Source: Azolla caroliniana (Eukaryota; Plantae; Polypodiophyta). From it: a stretch of 64,000 nt of DNA. A program made the position numbers and the translations under genes. The notes under the pieces are model-generated. The model was given only the letters and a program-made list of their open reading frames with translations. It did not search any database and had not been told where the DNA came from. Positions 1 through 10,287 of this stretch are shown in pieces. Numbering within the stretch: position 1 is the stretch's first letter; each line of letters opens with the position of its first letter. The stretch lies in the NCBI GenBank assembly GCA_043228905.1, contig JBHGNT010000017.1, positions 7,502,001 through 7,566,000 of the forward strand, written 5' to 3'.

Positions 1-28
1 ACTATTCCGTTCAAACTAGGCGTAAACC

Positions 29-2460
29 ATGGAAGATTTATTTGGCGGCATGTTCAAGTTCACCGGCTCCAATTACCTAGTGTGGAATTCGAAGATGAGG
101 GACATGTTGGTGGTGAAAGATCTCTGGTTGCCGGTACAGTTTGGTGAGAAAAGACCGGACAAGATCGATGCCACGATCTGGGAAGTAATGCACATGAAGA
201 CGATGGCATGCATTGGATGCTTCATCGACATGAGCCTGTGCAATAACTTTAATGAAGAGAGTAAGGCTCATGTGCTATGGGAGAAAATCAACAGCATGTT
301 GGAGAGCAAAAATGTTGTAAACCAGCTCTCAGTATTCCGGAAGTCAGTGAGACTCTAATACCAAGACTGCTCCAACATGGCGGAGCAGATGAACACTTTC
401 CCAGGGTTGATAAACCAGACTACCTCGTTGGAAGTACCTCTAGCCTACGAGGTACTCGTGCTGCCGCTGCTCGGATCCCTCTTGGAGAGTTGGGAAAAGT
501 CAGGCCGAAAGGAGAATAGTTGGCCCTAACAAGGGTAAAATCAAGCTTGTTGGATGAAGAAGCTCATCGCAAGGACCAGGAATCTGGAACCGATCTAGAG
601 GCCTTGGTCACGGAAGAATACCATAACCGGACAAGTGGCCGGAATCGGAGTCCCCAAAACCGGGACAAATCGGGGACGAGGTCGAAGTCAAGGGGGAGGC
701 CCACCTGCTTTTATCGCGGAAAGACGGGGCACTTCCAACTGAATTGCCGACACTCTGGAACGGGAAATGAACCGACAATGCCAACTCAAAGAAGGGTTCG
801 GACCGGAGAAGTTCGGATCGGAAAGGAACATCGGCAATCGCAACAAGTGAAGAAGAAATGTTGCTCATCACTAAGGAAAATGAGCCGCATCTTTTCAGCG
901 ATGAGTTGACATGGGTGGGCGACTCCAGAGTGTTGTTCCATTTGACCCCCGACCAGAAATTCTTCTCATCTTATAGAAACGGAGATCACGGTTGTGTCTG
1001 GATGGGAAATGAAAGTACATGCCAAATTGTAAGCATAGGACATGTGTGTTTGACAACGTCAACTGGGTGCAAGTTGTTGCTGAAGGATGTCCAACACGTT
1101 TCGGAGGTTCGGTTGAACATGATATCAGTCGGGCGGGTAGATGATGAAGGTTACACGGGTAGCATCGGGAATTGAGTCATGAAGTTTTGCAAAGGAAGCT
1201 TCATCGTGGCCCAAGCCCGGAAGGTCAACACATTGTACCTTCTGCATGCCCAGATTTGCAGGGATGAAGTGAACGTGGTATCCGACACTGCCAGTGAGTT
1301 GTGGCACAAGAGATTGTGTCACATGAGCCAGAAAGGGATGCAAAGACTTGCCGAGGACAACCTCATTCCAGAGGTGAAAGATGTGCAGCTTAAGAAGTGC
1401 ACCGATTGTTTGGCCGACAAGCAAAACCGAACCTCATTTTGGACAAGGCCACTGATGAGATGGAATGCACCACTAGAGCTTGTGCATACTGATGTATGCC
1501 AAGCAGACACGAAGTCACATGCCGGATCGCAGTACTTCATGACGTTCATAGACGACCACTACCAGAAGTTGTGGGTCTCACCACTGAAGACGAAGGATCA
1601 TGTATTGATCATCTTCAAGGAGTTCCACGTGAGTGTGGAAAGGGAAACTCGCCGGAAGTTGAAGGCAATTCCAACGGACAACAGAGGCGAATACCGGGGG
1701 CTATCTGAGGAGTAATGCTGATCGAAGGGAATCCAACTCAGATTTACCGTGCTGAAGACACCGGAATTGTACAGATTCACCGAAAGGATGAACCGGACCA
1801 TAATGTAGAGAGTCTAGAGCATGCTTGCACATGCTAAGTTGTCCAAGACGTTTTGGGTTGAGGCGCTAATGACGGCGACGTACGTGATAAACATATCACC
1901 CTCGGCACCCTTGGACGGAGACACACCACAGAGAGTATGGACCGGTAAAGACGTGTCTTACCGGCATAAGAAGGTGTTCGGTTGTCTCGCTCACGTGCAT
2001 GTTGCAAAGGAAAAGAGAGCAAAGTTGGATCCAAAGTCCCGGCCATGCATATTCCTTAGATATAGTGATGATGATTTCGGCTACCGAGTGTGGGACTTGG
2101 TCGACAAGAAGGTCTTCTGGAGTCGAGACATAGCCTTCATGGAAGACAAGACTATTGCCAACTGGGAGTCGGAGAGAAGATAGCAGACTCCGGATTGACC
2201 GACAAAGATCGGTTGGAAGATGCAAGGACACATCTGGTCGGAAGCCGGATGTCAGCCGAAGACCAGGATGAACTGGTCGAATTCAGACAAGGAATCGAAC
2301 TGACCCCAAATCGGATTTGGATCAAGATCATACAAAGGAACCGGGAGTCAAAAACCAAGGACGGAGATACCCTCTCAGGGAGAGAAGAGTCCCCCAGAGA
2401 TTTCCTGATGTTGAGCATGTTCTACTAATTGACGAGGGGGAGCCCGAAAGCTTCGAAGGA
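29..2460 (+). mobile_element. Degenerate Ty1/copia internal region (gag, zinc knuckle, protease, integrase), truncated before RT
   Basis: Broken ORFs MEDLFGGMFKFTGSNY, RPTCFYRG, WVGDS, LVHTDVC and KLDPKSRPCIF are collinear with the intact copia at 3433-7506, with many stops and frameshifts. Confidence 0.9.
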
Positions 2461-2822
2461 GCGACTACGAAAGATTCACGCAGAACTATCTACCCACCTA
2501 CATTAAGTCCAACAAACACAAAAGGATTATGCAGATCGACACCAGATTCTATTCTAATTTGATATTGGAGATCGAGTATTGCTATTATGAAGACACATAA
2601 AAACTACCCAATCATGTGACAAATTGGATTATCAATAGTTAAGGCCTTTTCGTATTAACGGAAAAATTAATGATGTCATTTTTCGCCTTGATCTACCTCC
2701 ACAATTATGGATACATCTGGTATTTCATAGTTCTCTTCTAGAACCCTATCAAAGACAACCCTATTCCCAATTGTATTACACCACCTCCACTCCCTATCAA
2801 ACTTCAAGATGGACCTGAGTAC
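2461..2822 (+). mobile_element. Chromovirus (Ty3/gypsy) integrase C-terminal remnant, left of the copia insertion
   Basis: Decayed translation (..[47 protein letters not shown]) matches the 43221-43817 ORF and resumes at 8136. Confidence 0.85.
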
Positions 2823-3422
2823 TGTAGAGTAATCGACGCTCCGATTAACCTTCACCACTCGGCCACAACCGAGTAAGCACGAATCAATGCAGCAGAAAAT
2901 AGGAACCACAGAGAAAGAACACGAATACACAGGGATTAACGTGGAAAACCCTAGACGGGAAAAACCACGGGAGTACAAGACTCCAACCAAAACTATGCAC
3001 AGAGAAATATACAATGGCGAGCTGCAAGGCGACGACCTTGAGCTCGCTGTCCTCGCCACAGGCGGCGGAAATACACAGAGGCGTCGACCTCTTCCTCTCT
3101 CACGCTCTATCTCTCTCACGGCTGCTCTCTCTTCACTCCTCTTGAGTGGAAAAACAGAAAAATGAGAAGCAACATGAAACTATTTGCCCTAAGTCATATT
3201 TATACACATATGACTTTGGGGCTATTTACAACTATAGCCTCAAGGGCCCTTGGCAAACATATTCACAGATATGTCCCTGCATCCGGATCTCGCTCCGGGT
3301 ACATTCGTCATCCGGCTCCGAAGCCGGGGTCTTCATCATCCGGTTCCGAAACCGAAACCGGGCTTGTCGGCATTCATCTCCGATATCCGACCATCCCATC
3401 CGAAGGGACCGTAATCCCAACA
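2823..3422 (-). repeat. 3' LTR of the intact copia
   Basis: Direct repeat of 7536-8135, adjacent to the PPT (AAGGGGGAGTT on minus). Confidence 0.97.
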
Positions 3423-3432
3423 AACTCCCCCT

Positions 3433-6400
3433 TCACTTCGGCATGGGATGTCTCTCCAATCCGATCCTCTTCCGGCATGCTTCCAGCTTGTCGGGCGTGA
3501 GCACCTTGGTCAGCATATCCGACCCGTTCTCGTTCGTGTGGACCTTCGTCAGCACGAACTCCTTGTCTTCTATCCTTTCCCGGATCCAGTGATATCTTCG
3601 CTGGATGTGCTTCGTCCGGGAGTGATAGGCCGCGTTCTTCGCAAGGTGGATTGCACTCTGACTGTCGCAGTAGAGTCGGTACTCCTCCTGTCGGATACCG
3701 AGCTCTCTAATGAAGTCCTTCATCCATATTATTTCCTTGCCGGCTTCAACAGCCGCCATGTACTCCGCCTCCGTGGTTGACAACGCAACCGTCTTCTGCA
3801 GCCTCGACTGCCATGAAACAGCTCCCCCTGCATACGTCATCACATACCCTGATGTGGACCGGCTGGTATCTGCATCAGCCGACATATCCGAATCGGTGAA
3901 GCCGTCGAGTTCGGGCTTACCGGAGCCGAATCGGAGGCACACGTTTGCCGTGCCCTTCAGGTATCGGAGTATCCACTTGGCCGCGTTCCAATGCTCTTTG
4001 CCGGGATTGCTCATGTACCGGCTCACCACTCCGACTGCATATCCTATGTCCGGTCTCGTACACACCATGGCGTACATCAAGCTCCCGACGGCTGAGGCAT
4101 ACGACACTTTCATCATATCCTCCTTTTCAGCCTTTGTCTTGGGACTTTGCTTGTTGGACAGCTTGCAGTTTGCCGGGAGGGTCGATCCGACCGGCCTTGC
4201 TTCCGACATGTTGAACCGTTTAAGCACCTTTGTCACGTACTTCTCCTGTGACAGCCACAACTGCTTCTTGCTCCGGTCCCGAATGATGTGCATCCCTAGT
4301 ATTTGTCTCGCCGGACCCAAGTCCTTCATTGAGAAGGTTCGGTTAAGAGCCTTCTTCAGCATCCGTATCTTGACCTGGTCCCGTCCGACGATCAACATGT
4401 CGTCCACGTACAGGAGGAGTATTAGAAAGTCTCCTCCTTCGAACTTCTTCACAAACACGCAGTGGTCGGACTGCGTTTTGAGGTACCCTTCGCCGGTCAT
4501 GAAGGAGTCGAACTTCCGGTACCATTGCCGGGGAGCCTGCTTCAGTCCGTAGAGGCTCTTCTTCAACCGGCATACCAGGTGCTCCTTCCCTTTCTTCTCG
4601 AATCCTTCCGGTTGCTGCATGTAGATCTCTTCTTTGAGGTCACCGTGAAGGAATGTCGTCTTCACGTCCATCTGTTCTACCTCGAGGTCCATGCTTGCCG
4701 CTATGCTCAGCACCGTCCGGATGGAGGTCATCTTCACTACCGGGGCAAATATCTCGTCGAAGTCGACACCCTTCTTCTGCTGAAACCCCTTCACCACGAT
4801 CCTGGCTTTGTATCTCGGGGGGTTTCCGGCATCTCCCGGTTTCAGCTTGAACACCCACTTGTTTCGAAGTGCCCGCTTTCCTTTCGGCAACTCCACAAGT
4901 TCATATGTGTGGTTCTCATGCAGGGAATCCATCTCGTCCTGCATGGCACTCAACCACCTGCGGCTCTGGGTGTCATGTTTTGCTTCTTCAAAGCTCTCCG
5001 GCTCCCCCTCGTCGGTTAGCAGCACGTGCTCTGGTTCCGGAAATCTCCGGGGGGCCCTTCTCTCTCTTAGAGGATATCTCCGTTCCGGGGCTTCGGTAAC
5101 CGGTTCTTCCGATTCTTCTTCATCCGAATCCATTTCGGGATCGGGGCCGGTTCCGGTATCATTTTCATCTTCTTCGGCCGGTTCTGTTTCTTCACCGTCT
5201 TCGGCCGGATCCTCGAGTGCTAACCGGTCCCTTGCCGGTCGGGACTGCTCCTCGTAGAGTTGATCCTCACCGGTCGACTTGGAGCTCTTCATCTTCTTCT
5301 CCGACTCCCAGTCGGCGAGTGTCTTGTTCTCCATGAAGATGATATCACGACTCCGGAATATCTTCTTGTCGACCGGGTCCCATACTCGGTAGCCGAACTC
5401 GTCATCGCCGTAACCGAGGAATATGCATGGCCGGGTCTTTGGATCTAGCTTTCCTCTCCGGTCCTTTGCCACATGTACGTATGCGAGACACCCGAACACC
5501 TTCAGATGCCGGTAAGATACTTCCCTACCGGTCCACACTCTCTGCGGCGTGTCTCCGTCCAAAGGTACTGAGGGTGATCTGTTTATCACGTATGTCGCCG
5601 TCGACATCGCCTCAGCCCAAAACCCCTTGGGTAATTCCGCATGCGCCAGCATACTCCGGACCCTCTCCATTATGGTCCGGTTCATCCTCTCGGCCAGCCC
5701 GTTCAGTTCCGGCGTCTTCGGCACAGTAAACTCGAGCCGGATTCCCTTCGAGCGACAGTACTCCTGGAACTGTCCCCGGTATTCCCCTCCGTTATCCGCT
5801 CGTATCGCTTTCAGCTTCTTGCCGGATTCTCTTTCCACTCTCGCGTGGAGTTCTTTGAAGACGGACAACACTTGGTCCTTTTTCTTCATCGGTGCCGTCC
5901 ACAGTCTTCGGCTATGATCATCTATGAATGTTACGAAGTACTGGGCTCCGCCATGTGACTTCGTTTCTACCTGACACACATCGGTGTGCACCAACTCCAA
6001 TGGTGCGCTACGTCTCGTCGGTGGCCTTGAGTGGAAGGAGGTTCGGTTCTGCTTACCGGCCAGGCAATCGGTGCACTTCTCCAGGTGCACATGCTTCACT
6101 GGAATAAGGTTGTCTTCTGCAAGCCTCTTCATCCCCTTCTCACTCATGTGGCACAGTCTTTTGTGCCACAGCTCACCGGCAGTGTCGGCTGCCACATTCA
6201 GCTCTTCCGGACATAACCGGGCATTCATCAGGTACAGTGTGTTGATCTTCCGGGCCCGAGCCACTATCAGGCTCCCTTTGCTGAACTTCATTACGCCGTT
6301 CCGGATGCTACCTGTGTAGCCTTCATCGTCTAGCCTCCCGGCCGAAATCAGGTTCAATCGAACCTCCGGAACGTGTCGGACATCCTTCAGCAACATTTTA

Positions 6401-7506
6401 CATCCGGTCGAGGTTGTCAACCACACGTCTCCTATGCCGGCGATCCGGCACGTACCTTCATTTCCCATCCGAACACAGCCATGCTCACCGGCTGTGTAGG
6501 ATGAGAAGTATCTTCTTTCCGGGGTCAGGTGGAACGACGCTCCGGAATCGACCACCCAGGTCGTCTCATCGCCGGCAATGTTTAGCTCACCTTCTTCGGT
6601 GATGAGCATGATTTCTTCCTCACTTGCCGCGAGTGCCGTCGTTCCTTTCTTGTCCTGCCCTCGCCGATCCGAACCATTCCGGTCCGTGGCTCCCCGGTAA
6701 GCCCCGTTTCGTTCCGAAGACTTCTTCGAATCGGTGTCGTCGGCTCCGTTGTCTTTTCGGTAATGCCGACAATTCTTTCGGAAGTGCCCCGGCTTCCCAC
6801 AGTGGAAGCATGTGGGTCTTCCTCTTGACTGCGATCGGGTCCCCGACTTCTCCCGTCTTTGCGGACTCCGGTTCCGTTGTCTTCCCCGATCCGATTCGGT
6901 AAACAACATCTTCGGATCGGAGGCCGGTTCTTTATCTCTCCGACGCGCTTCTTCGTTCAAAATACTTGTCTTTACCGTTTGTAGGGACAAGTTATCTTCG
7001 GTGCAGGAGGTGCTGAGAGTCACCACCAAGTTCTCCCAGCTTTCCGGCAATGTACACATCAGGATGATGGCTTGCATTGCATCCTCCAACGGGAACTTGA
7101 TCGCCGCAAGCTGGTTCACGAATCCCATGAACGTGCTTACGTGTTCCACCATACTCTCGCCGTCCCGGTACTTGAGGTTCACTATCTTCCTCATCAGGGA
7201 GGTCCGGTTCAACGCATTCTTCCTCTCGTAGAGGCCCGACAGCTTCCGCCACATCTCATATGCGTTGGTGTCGTTCGCCACATGTTGTAGAACGCTCACG
7301 TCTACGTATTGCCGAATGGTTGCTACGGCTTTCCGGTTCAGAAGCCTCCATTCCGACTCAAGTACCCCCTTCGGTATTTCCGACCTGTCGATCGGTTCGT
7401 ACAGGTCCCGAACAATCAGAAGATCCTCCATCTTGATCTTCCAGTCGGCGTAATTCTGCGCATTCAGCACCATCATCCCCGGCTGCCCGCTGCCGCCGCC
7501 TTCCAT
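3433..7506 (-). CDS. Copia gag-pol polyprotein, about 1357 aa from ATG 7506 (gag, CCHC, PR, IN, RT, RNase H)
   Basis: Motifs CFHCGKPGHFRKNC, WVVDSGAS, HKRLCH..C..C, HTDVC/DNGGEY/AERMNR, YVDDML and TDSD..STTEAEY in copia domain order (IN before RT). Confidence 0.97.
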   Translation of the reverse strand: MEGGGSGQPGMMVLNAQNYADWKIKMEDLLIVRDLYEPIDRSEIPKGVLESEWRLLNRKAVATIRQYVDVSVLQHVANDTNAYEMWRKLSGLYERKNALNRTSLMRKIVNLKYRDGESMVEHVSTFMGFVNQLAAIKFPLEDAMQAIILMCTLPESWENLVVTLSTSCTEDNLSLQTVKTSILNEEARRRDKEPASDPKMLFTESDRGRQRNRSPQRREKSGTRSQSRGRPTCFHCGKPGHFRKNCRHYRKDNGADDTDSKKSSERNGAYRGATDRNGSDRRGQDKKGTTALAASEEEIMLITEEGELNIAGDETTWVVDSGASFHLTPERRYFSSYTAGEHGCVRMGNEGTCRIAGIGDVWLTTSTGCKMLLKDVRHVPEVRLNLISAGRLDDEGYTGSIRNGVMKFSKGSLIVARARKINTLYLMNARLCPEELNVAADTAGELWHKRLCHMSEKGMKRLAEDNLIPVKHVHLEKCTDCLAGKQNRTSFHSRPPTRRSAPLELVHTDVCQVETKSHGGAQYFVTFIDDHSRRLWTAPMKKKDQVLSVFKELHARVERESGKKLKAIRADNGGEYRGQFQEYCRSKGIRLEFTVPKTPELNGLAERMNRTIMERVRSMLAHAELPKGFWAEAMSTATYVINRSPSVPLDGDTPQRVWTGREVSYRHLKVFGCLAYVHVAKDRRGKLDPKTRPCIFLGYGDDEFGYRVWDPVDKKIFRSRDIIFMENKTLADWESEKKMKSSKSTGEDQLYEEQSRPARDRLALEDPAEDGEETEPAEEDENDTGTGPDPEMDSDEEESEEPVTEAPERRYPLRERRAPRRFPEPEHVLLTDEGEPESFEEAKHDTQSRRWLSAMQDEMDSLHENHTYELVELPKGKRALRNKWVFKLKPGDAGNPPRYKARIVVKGFQQKKGVDFDEIFAPVVKMTSIRTVLSIAASMDLEVEQMDVKTTFLHGDLKEEIYMQQPEGFEKKGKEHLVCRLKKSLYGLKQAPRQWYRKFDSFMTGEGYLKTQSDHCVFVKKFEGGDFLILLLYVDDMLIVGRDQVKIRMLKKALNRTFSMKDLGPARQILGMHIIRDRSKKQLWLSQEKYVTKVLKRFNMSEARPVGSTLPANCKLSNKQSPKTKAEKEDMMKVSYASAVGSLMYAMVCTRPDIGYAVGVVSRYMSNPGKEHWNAAKWILRYLKGTANVCLRFGSGKPELDGFTDSDMSADADTSRSTSGYVMTYAGGAVSWQSRLQKTVALSTTEAEYMAAVEAGKEIIWMKDFIRELGIRQEEYRLYCDSQSAIHLAKNAAYHSRTKHIQRRYHWIRERIEDKEFVLTKVHTNENGSDMLTKVLTPDKLEACRKRIGLERHPMPK

Positions 7507-7535
7507 TTTCTGCAGCAATCGCTCTGATACCAGTT

Positions 7536-8135
7536 TGTAGAGTAATCGACGCTCCGATTAACCTTCACCACTCGGCCACAACCGAGTAAGCACGAATCAA
7601 TGCAGCAGAAAATAGGAACCACAGAGAAAGAACACGAATACACAGGGATTAACGTGGAAAACCCTAGACGGGAAAAACCACGGGAGTACAAGACTCCAAC
7701 CAAAACTATGCACAGAGAAATATACAATGGCGAGCTGCAAGGCGACGACCTTGAGCTCGCTGTCCTCGCCACAGGCGGCGGAAATACACAGAGGCGTCGA
7801 CCTCTTCCTCTCTCACGCTCTATCTCTCTCACGGCTGCTCTCTCTTCACTCCTCTTGAGTGGAAAAACAGAAAAATGAGAAGCAACATGAAACTGTTTGC
7901 CCTAAGTCATATTTATACACATATGACTTTGGGGCTATTTACAACTATAGCCTCAAGGGCCCTTGGCAAACATATTCACAGATATGTCCCTGCATCCGGA
8001 TCTCGCTCCGGGTACATTCGTCATCCGGCTCCGAAGCCGGGGTCTTCATCATCCGGTTCCGAAACCGAAACCGGGCTTGTCGGCATTCATCTCCGATATC
8101 CGACCATCCCATCCGAAGGGACCGTAATCCCAACA
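7536..8135 (-). repeat. 5' LTR of the intact copia
   Basis: Followed on minus by TGGTATCAGAGC (iMet PBS). Confidence 0.97.
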
Positions 8136-8705
8136 AGTACGAGGTTGCCGCCATCCTCGATTCTAAGATTGTTCGCAACAAGCTCTACTATTTGGTCGAT
8201 TGGCTAGGCTATAATCCAAGCGAGTGTAGTTGGGAACGAGTGGAGAATGTGGCCAATGCTCGAGCTCTTTTTGAAGACTTCCATCGTCCATATCCAGACA
8301 AAGTAGGTCCTCAATTAAAGACGACTCGTATCACTCATCGTTTAAAGAGGGGGATAGTGTCATGAAATGGCATGGTATGGCTCCAAAGGATTTGAAACCA
8401 TGACCTTATGTTACATGGGTTGAACCCTTACCATTAAACTATGCATTGTAATACTAAAGATATTATTTTCACTATAGAAATTTATGTATACTCTAGATTA
8501 CTCTGGAACATTCTAGAAACTTCGGGAGTACTCATGACAGTACTATAAATAGAGGCACATGGCATTATTCAAAACCAATTCGGTTCAACTCCAATCTTAA
8601 GCCTACTTGTTGTTCTTGTATCCTTTTTAATATAATATACTTCTTGTTCTCATCATTCACTCTCTCTAGTCTGTCTCCCTTTCTTCTCTCTCGCTTGGGA
8701 AGAGC
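8136..8705 (+). mobile_element. Chromovirus chromodomain, PPT and truncated 3' LTR (LTR starts 8358)
   Basis: YEVAAILDSKIVRNKLYYLVDWLGY chromodomain, then PPT AAGAGGGGGATAG and TGTCATGA. The LTR aligns by eye with the reverse complement of 42736-43179. Confidence 0.88.
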
Positions 8706-9833
8706 TAAAAAAGAGATAAACCATGCATTATGTACAGCAATGACCCACTTGAATGTGTGGAAAGCTTCAAATATATTGGCCTTGAAGTTCCTTCAAATCA
8801 TAGATGGAATGAATGTGATACACACCGCTTAGAGGAGGGTAAGCGAGCATACTATGCATTTGAGAACAAATGCAATCCTGGAGATATTAAGTGTTGGGTC
8901 CTCAAGAAATATCTTTTCGACACTTTGGTGACACCGGTTCTTCTCTATGGGGTGGAAGTATGGGGCGGTGGCATCCCTAAATCTATGTAAAAAGAGTTTG
9001 AAAATGTCCAAAAACATTTTGTTACAAAGTTTCTACAAGTTAAGAAACAAACAGCCTACACCCTCCTCCTCCTTGAGATGGGATCGCTTCCCATTGATAT
9101 CATGGCCATGGAAAGGGTTGTTGAATACATGCTTAAGGTTCAAAAAAGTCCCTCACATCGACTTGCTAGAATTGCATGGGAAGGAAGCAAAAAGATCCAA
9201 AAGATGCATAAAAGCAAAATTTTGTGTTCCGGTTGGATGCAAGATATAGAAAAATGGTTTGGTAGATGGGATGTGAGACACTTGCTTCATGATGCATCAT
9301 TAGATTCCTTTGTAAATGAGGCCTTTTTGCAATGTCAATGTATCATGATATGGGACACATGTGGAGGCTCACGCTTCACACATTATACTACACATGTTGC
9401 ACCTAACTACAAAACCATATTCTTTGCAGAAGGGGGAAACTGTACACATCGATACATATTAGAGCCCATGTCGTTATCGGTCATTCGAACCATTGCTTCC
9501 ATGCGACTTAGCTCACATGCATTGTGATGTGAGACAGGGCGTTGGGGCACAAGTGATGAGAGCGGTTGGCTATGTACACTTTGCCCTAAACAAGTTCGCG
9601 AGTCTGAGTATCAGAATTTGATACAGTGCTCTACCTTGATCATATTCGACCATGAATTCCTCTCACAACCACAATGTGCACTCTCGATTGCAACATTCAT
9701 CGGTAAAGTTCTTCAACATAGAGAGTCACTACTCACTCTCACACGTATCACGTGAAATGTAATATTTTTGGTCGCATAGGTCATATTTGACCTCCGAAGA
9801 CGATAAGATAATCTATCTCTCTCTCTCTCTCTC
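8706..9833 (+). mobile_element. 5'-truncated non-LTR retrotransposon (RTE/RTEX-like) with (CT)n tail
   Basis: RT thumb region VESFKYIG..LLYGVEVWG and a C-terminal Cys region (ETGRW..LCTLC..ESEY..C), ending in a CT microsatellite. Clade assignment is tentative. Confidence 0.75.
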
Positions 9834-9874
9834 CATTTTTTATTGTAAATCAATTGTCTCATGGGCCAATTTTG

Positions 9875-10287
9875 GTTGTATGTATGTATATGTTATATGG
9901 GTGTGTATGTTTTATACATGTACTTTATATATATATACCTGTCATTAGTGTAAATATTTTAAAAGATTTTAGACTATATAATATGTCTATGTATGTCAGT
10001 GTGTATTTTCTATTGATGTACATATGTATGTATTGTATTGCATGTGGATATATGTATGTGTGTGTATGTACATATTGTATTGTATTGTATTAAATGCGTT
10101 GTATGTATTGTACGTATGGAGTGTGTGTATGTGTATGTATGTGTATGTATGTATGTTCTTTACATGTGCATCTGTACTATGTGTGTATTTGTGCATACAA
10201 TACAATATATACATACAATAAATACATATATATGTGCATATGTATGTGTATGGATCGTATATGGATATACGTTTGTAATATGTACAT
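9875..10287. repeat. TA/TG-rich low-complexity microsatellite tract, continuing at 18988-19400 and 19740-19970
   Basis: (TATG)n/(TG)n mosaic, split by the 10288-18983 insertion. Confidence 0.85.

Larger units (their letters stand above)
2823..8135 (-). mobile_element. Intact full-length Ty1/copia LTR retrotransposon
   Basis: 600-bp TG..CA LTRs at 2823-3422 and 7536-8135 (one difference seen). 5-bp TSD AGTAC at 2818-2822 and 8136-8140. tRNA-iMet PBS at 7521-7532, PPT at 3423-3433, uninterrupted ORF. Confidence 0.98.

Noticed and set aside
3448-7527. Many plus-strand ORFs up to 280 aa
   Set aside because: Antisense shadows of the GC-rich copia polyprotein with no recognisable domains.
7859-8365. 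168-aa ORF ending in a chromodomain
   Set aside because: Chance fusion of copia LTR sequence to the interrupted host chromodomain.
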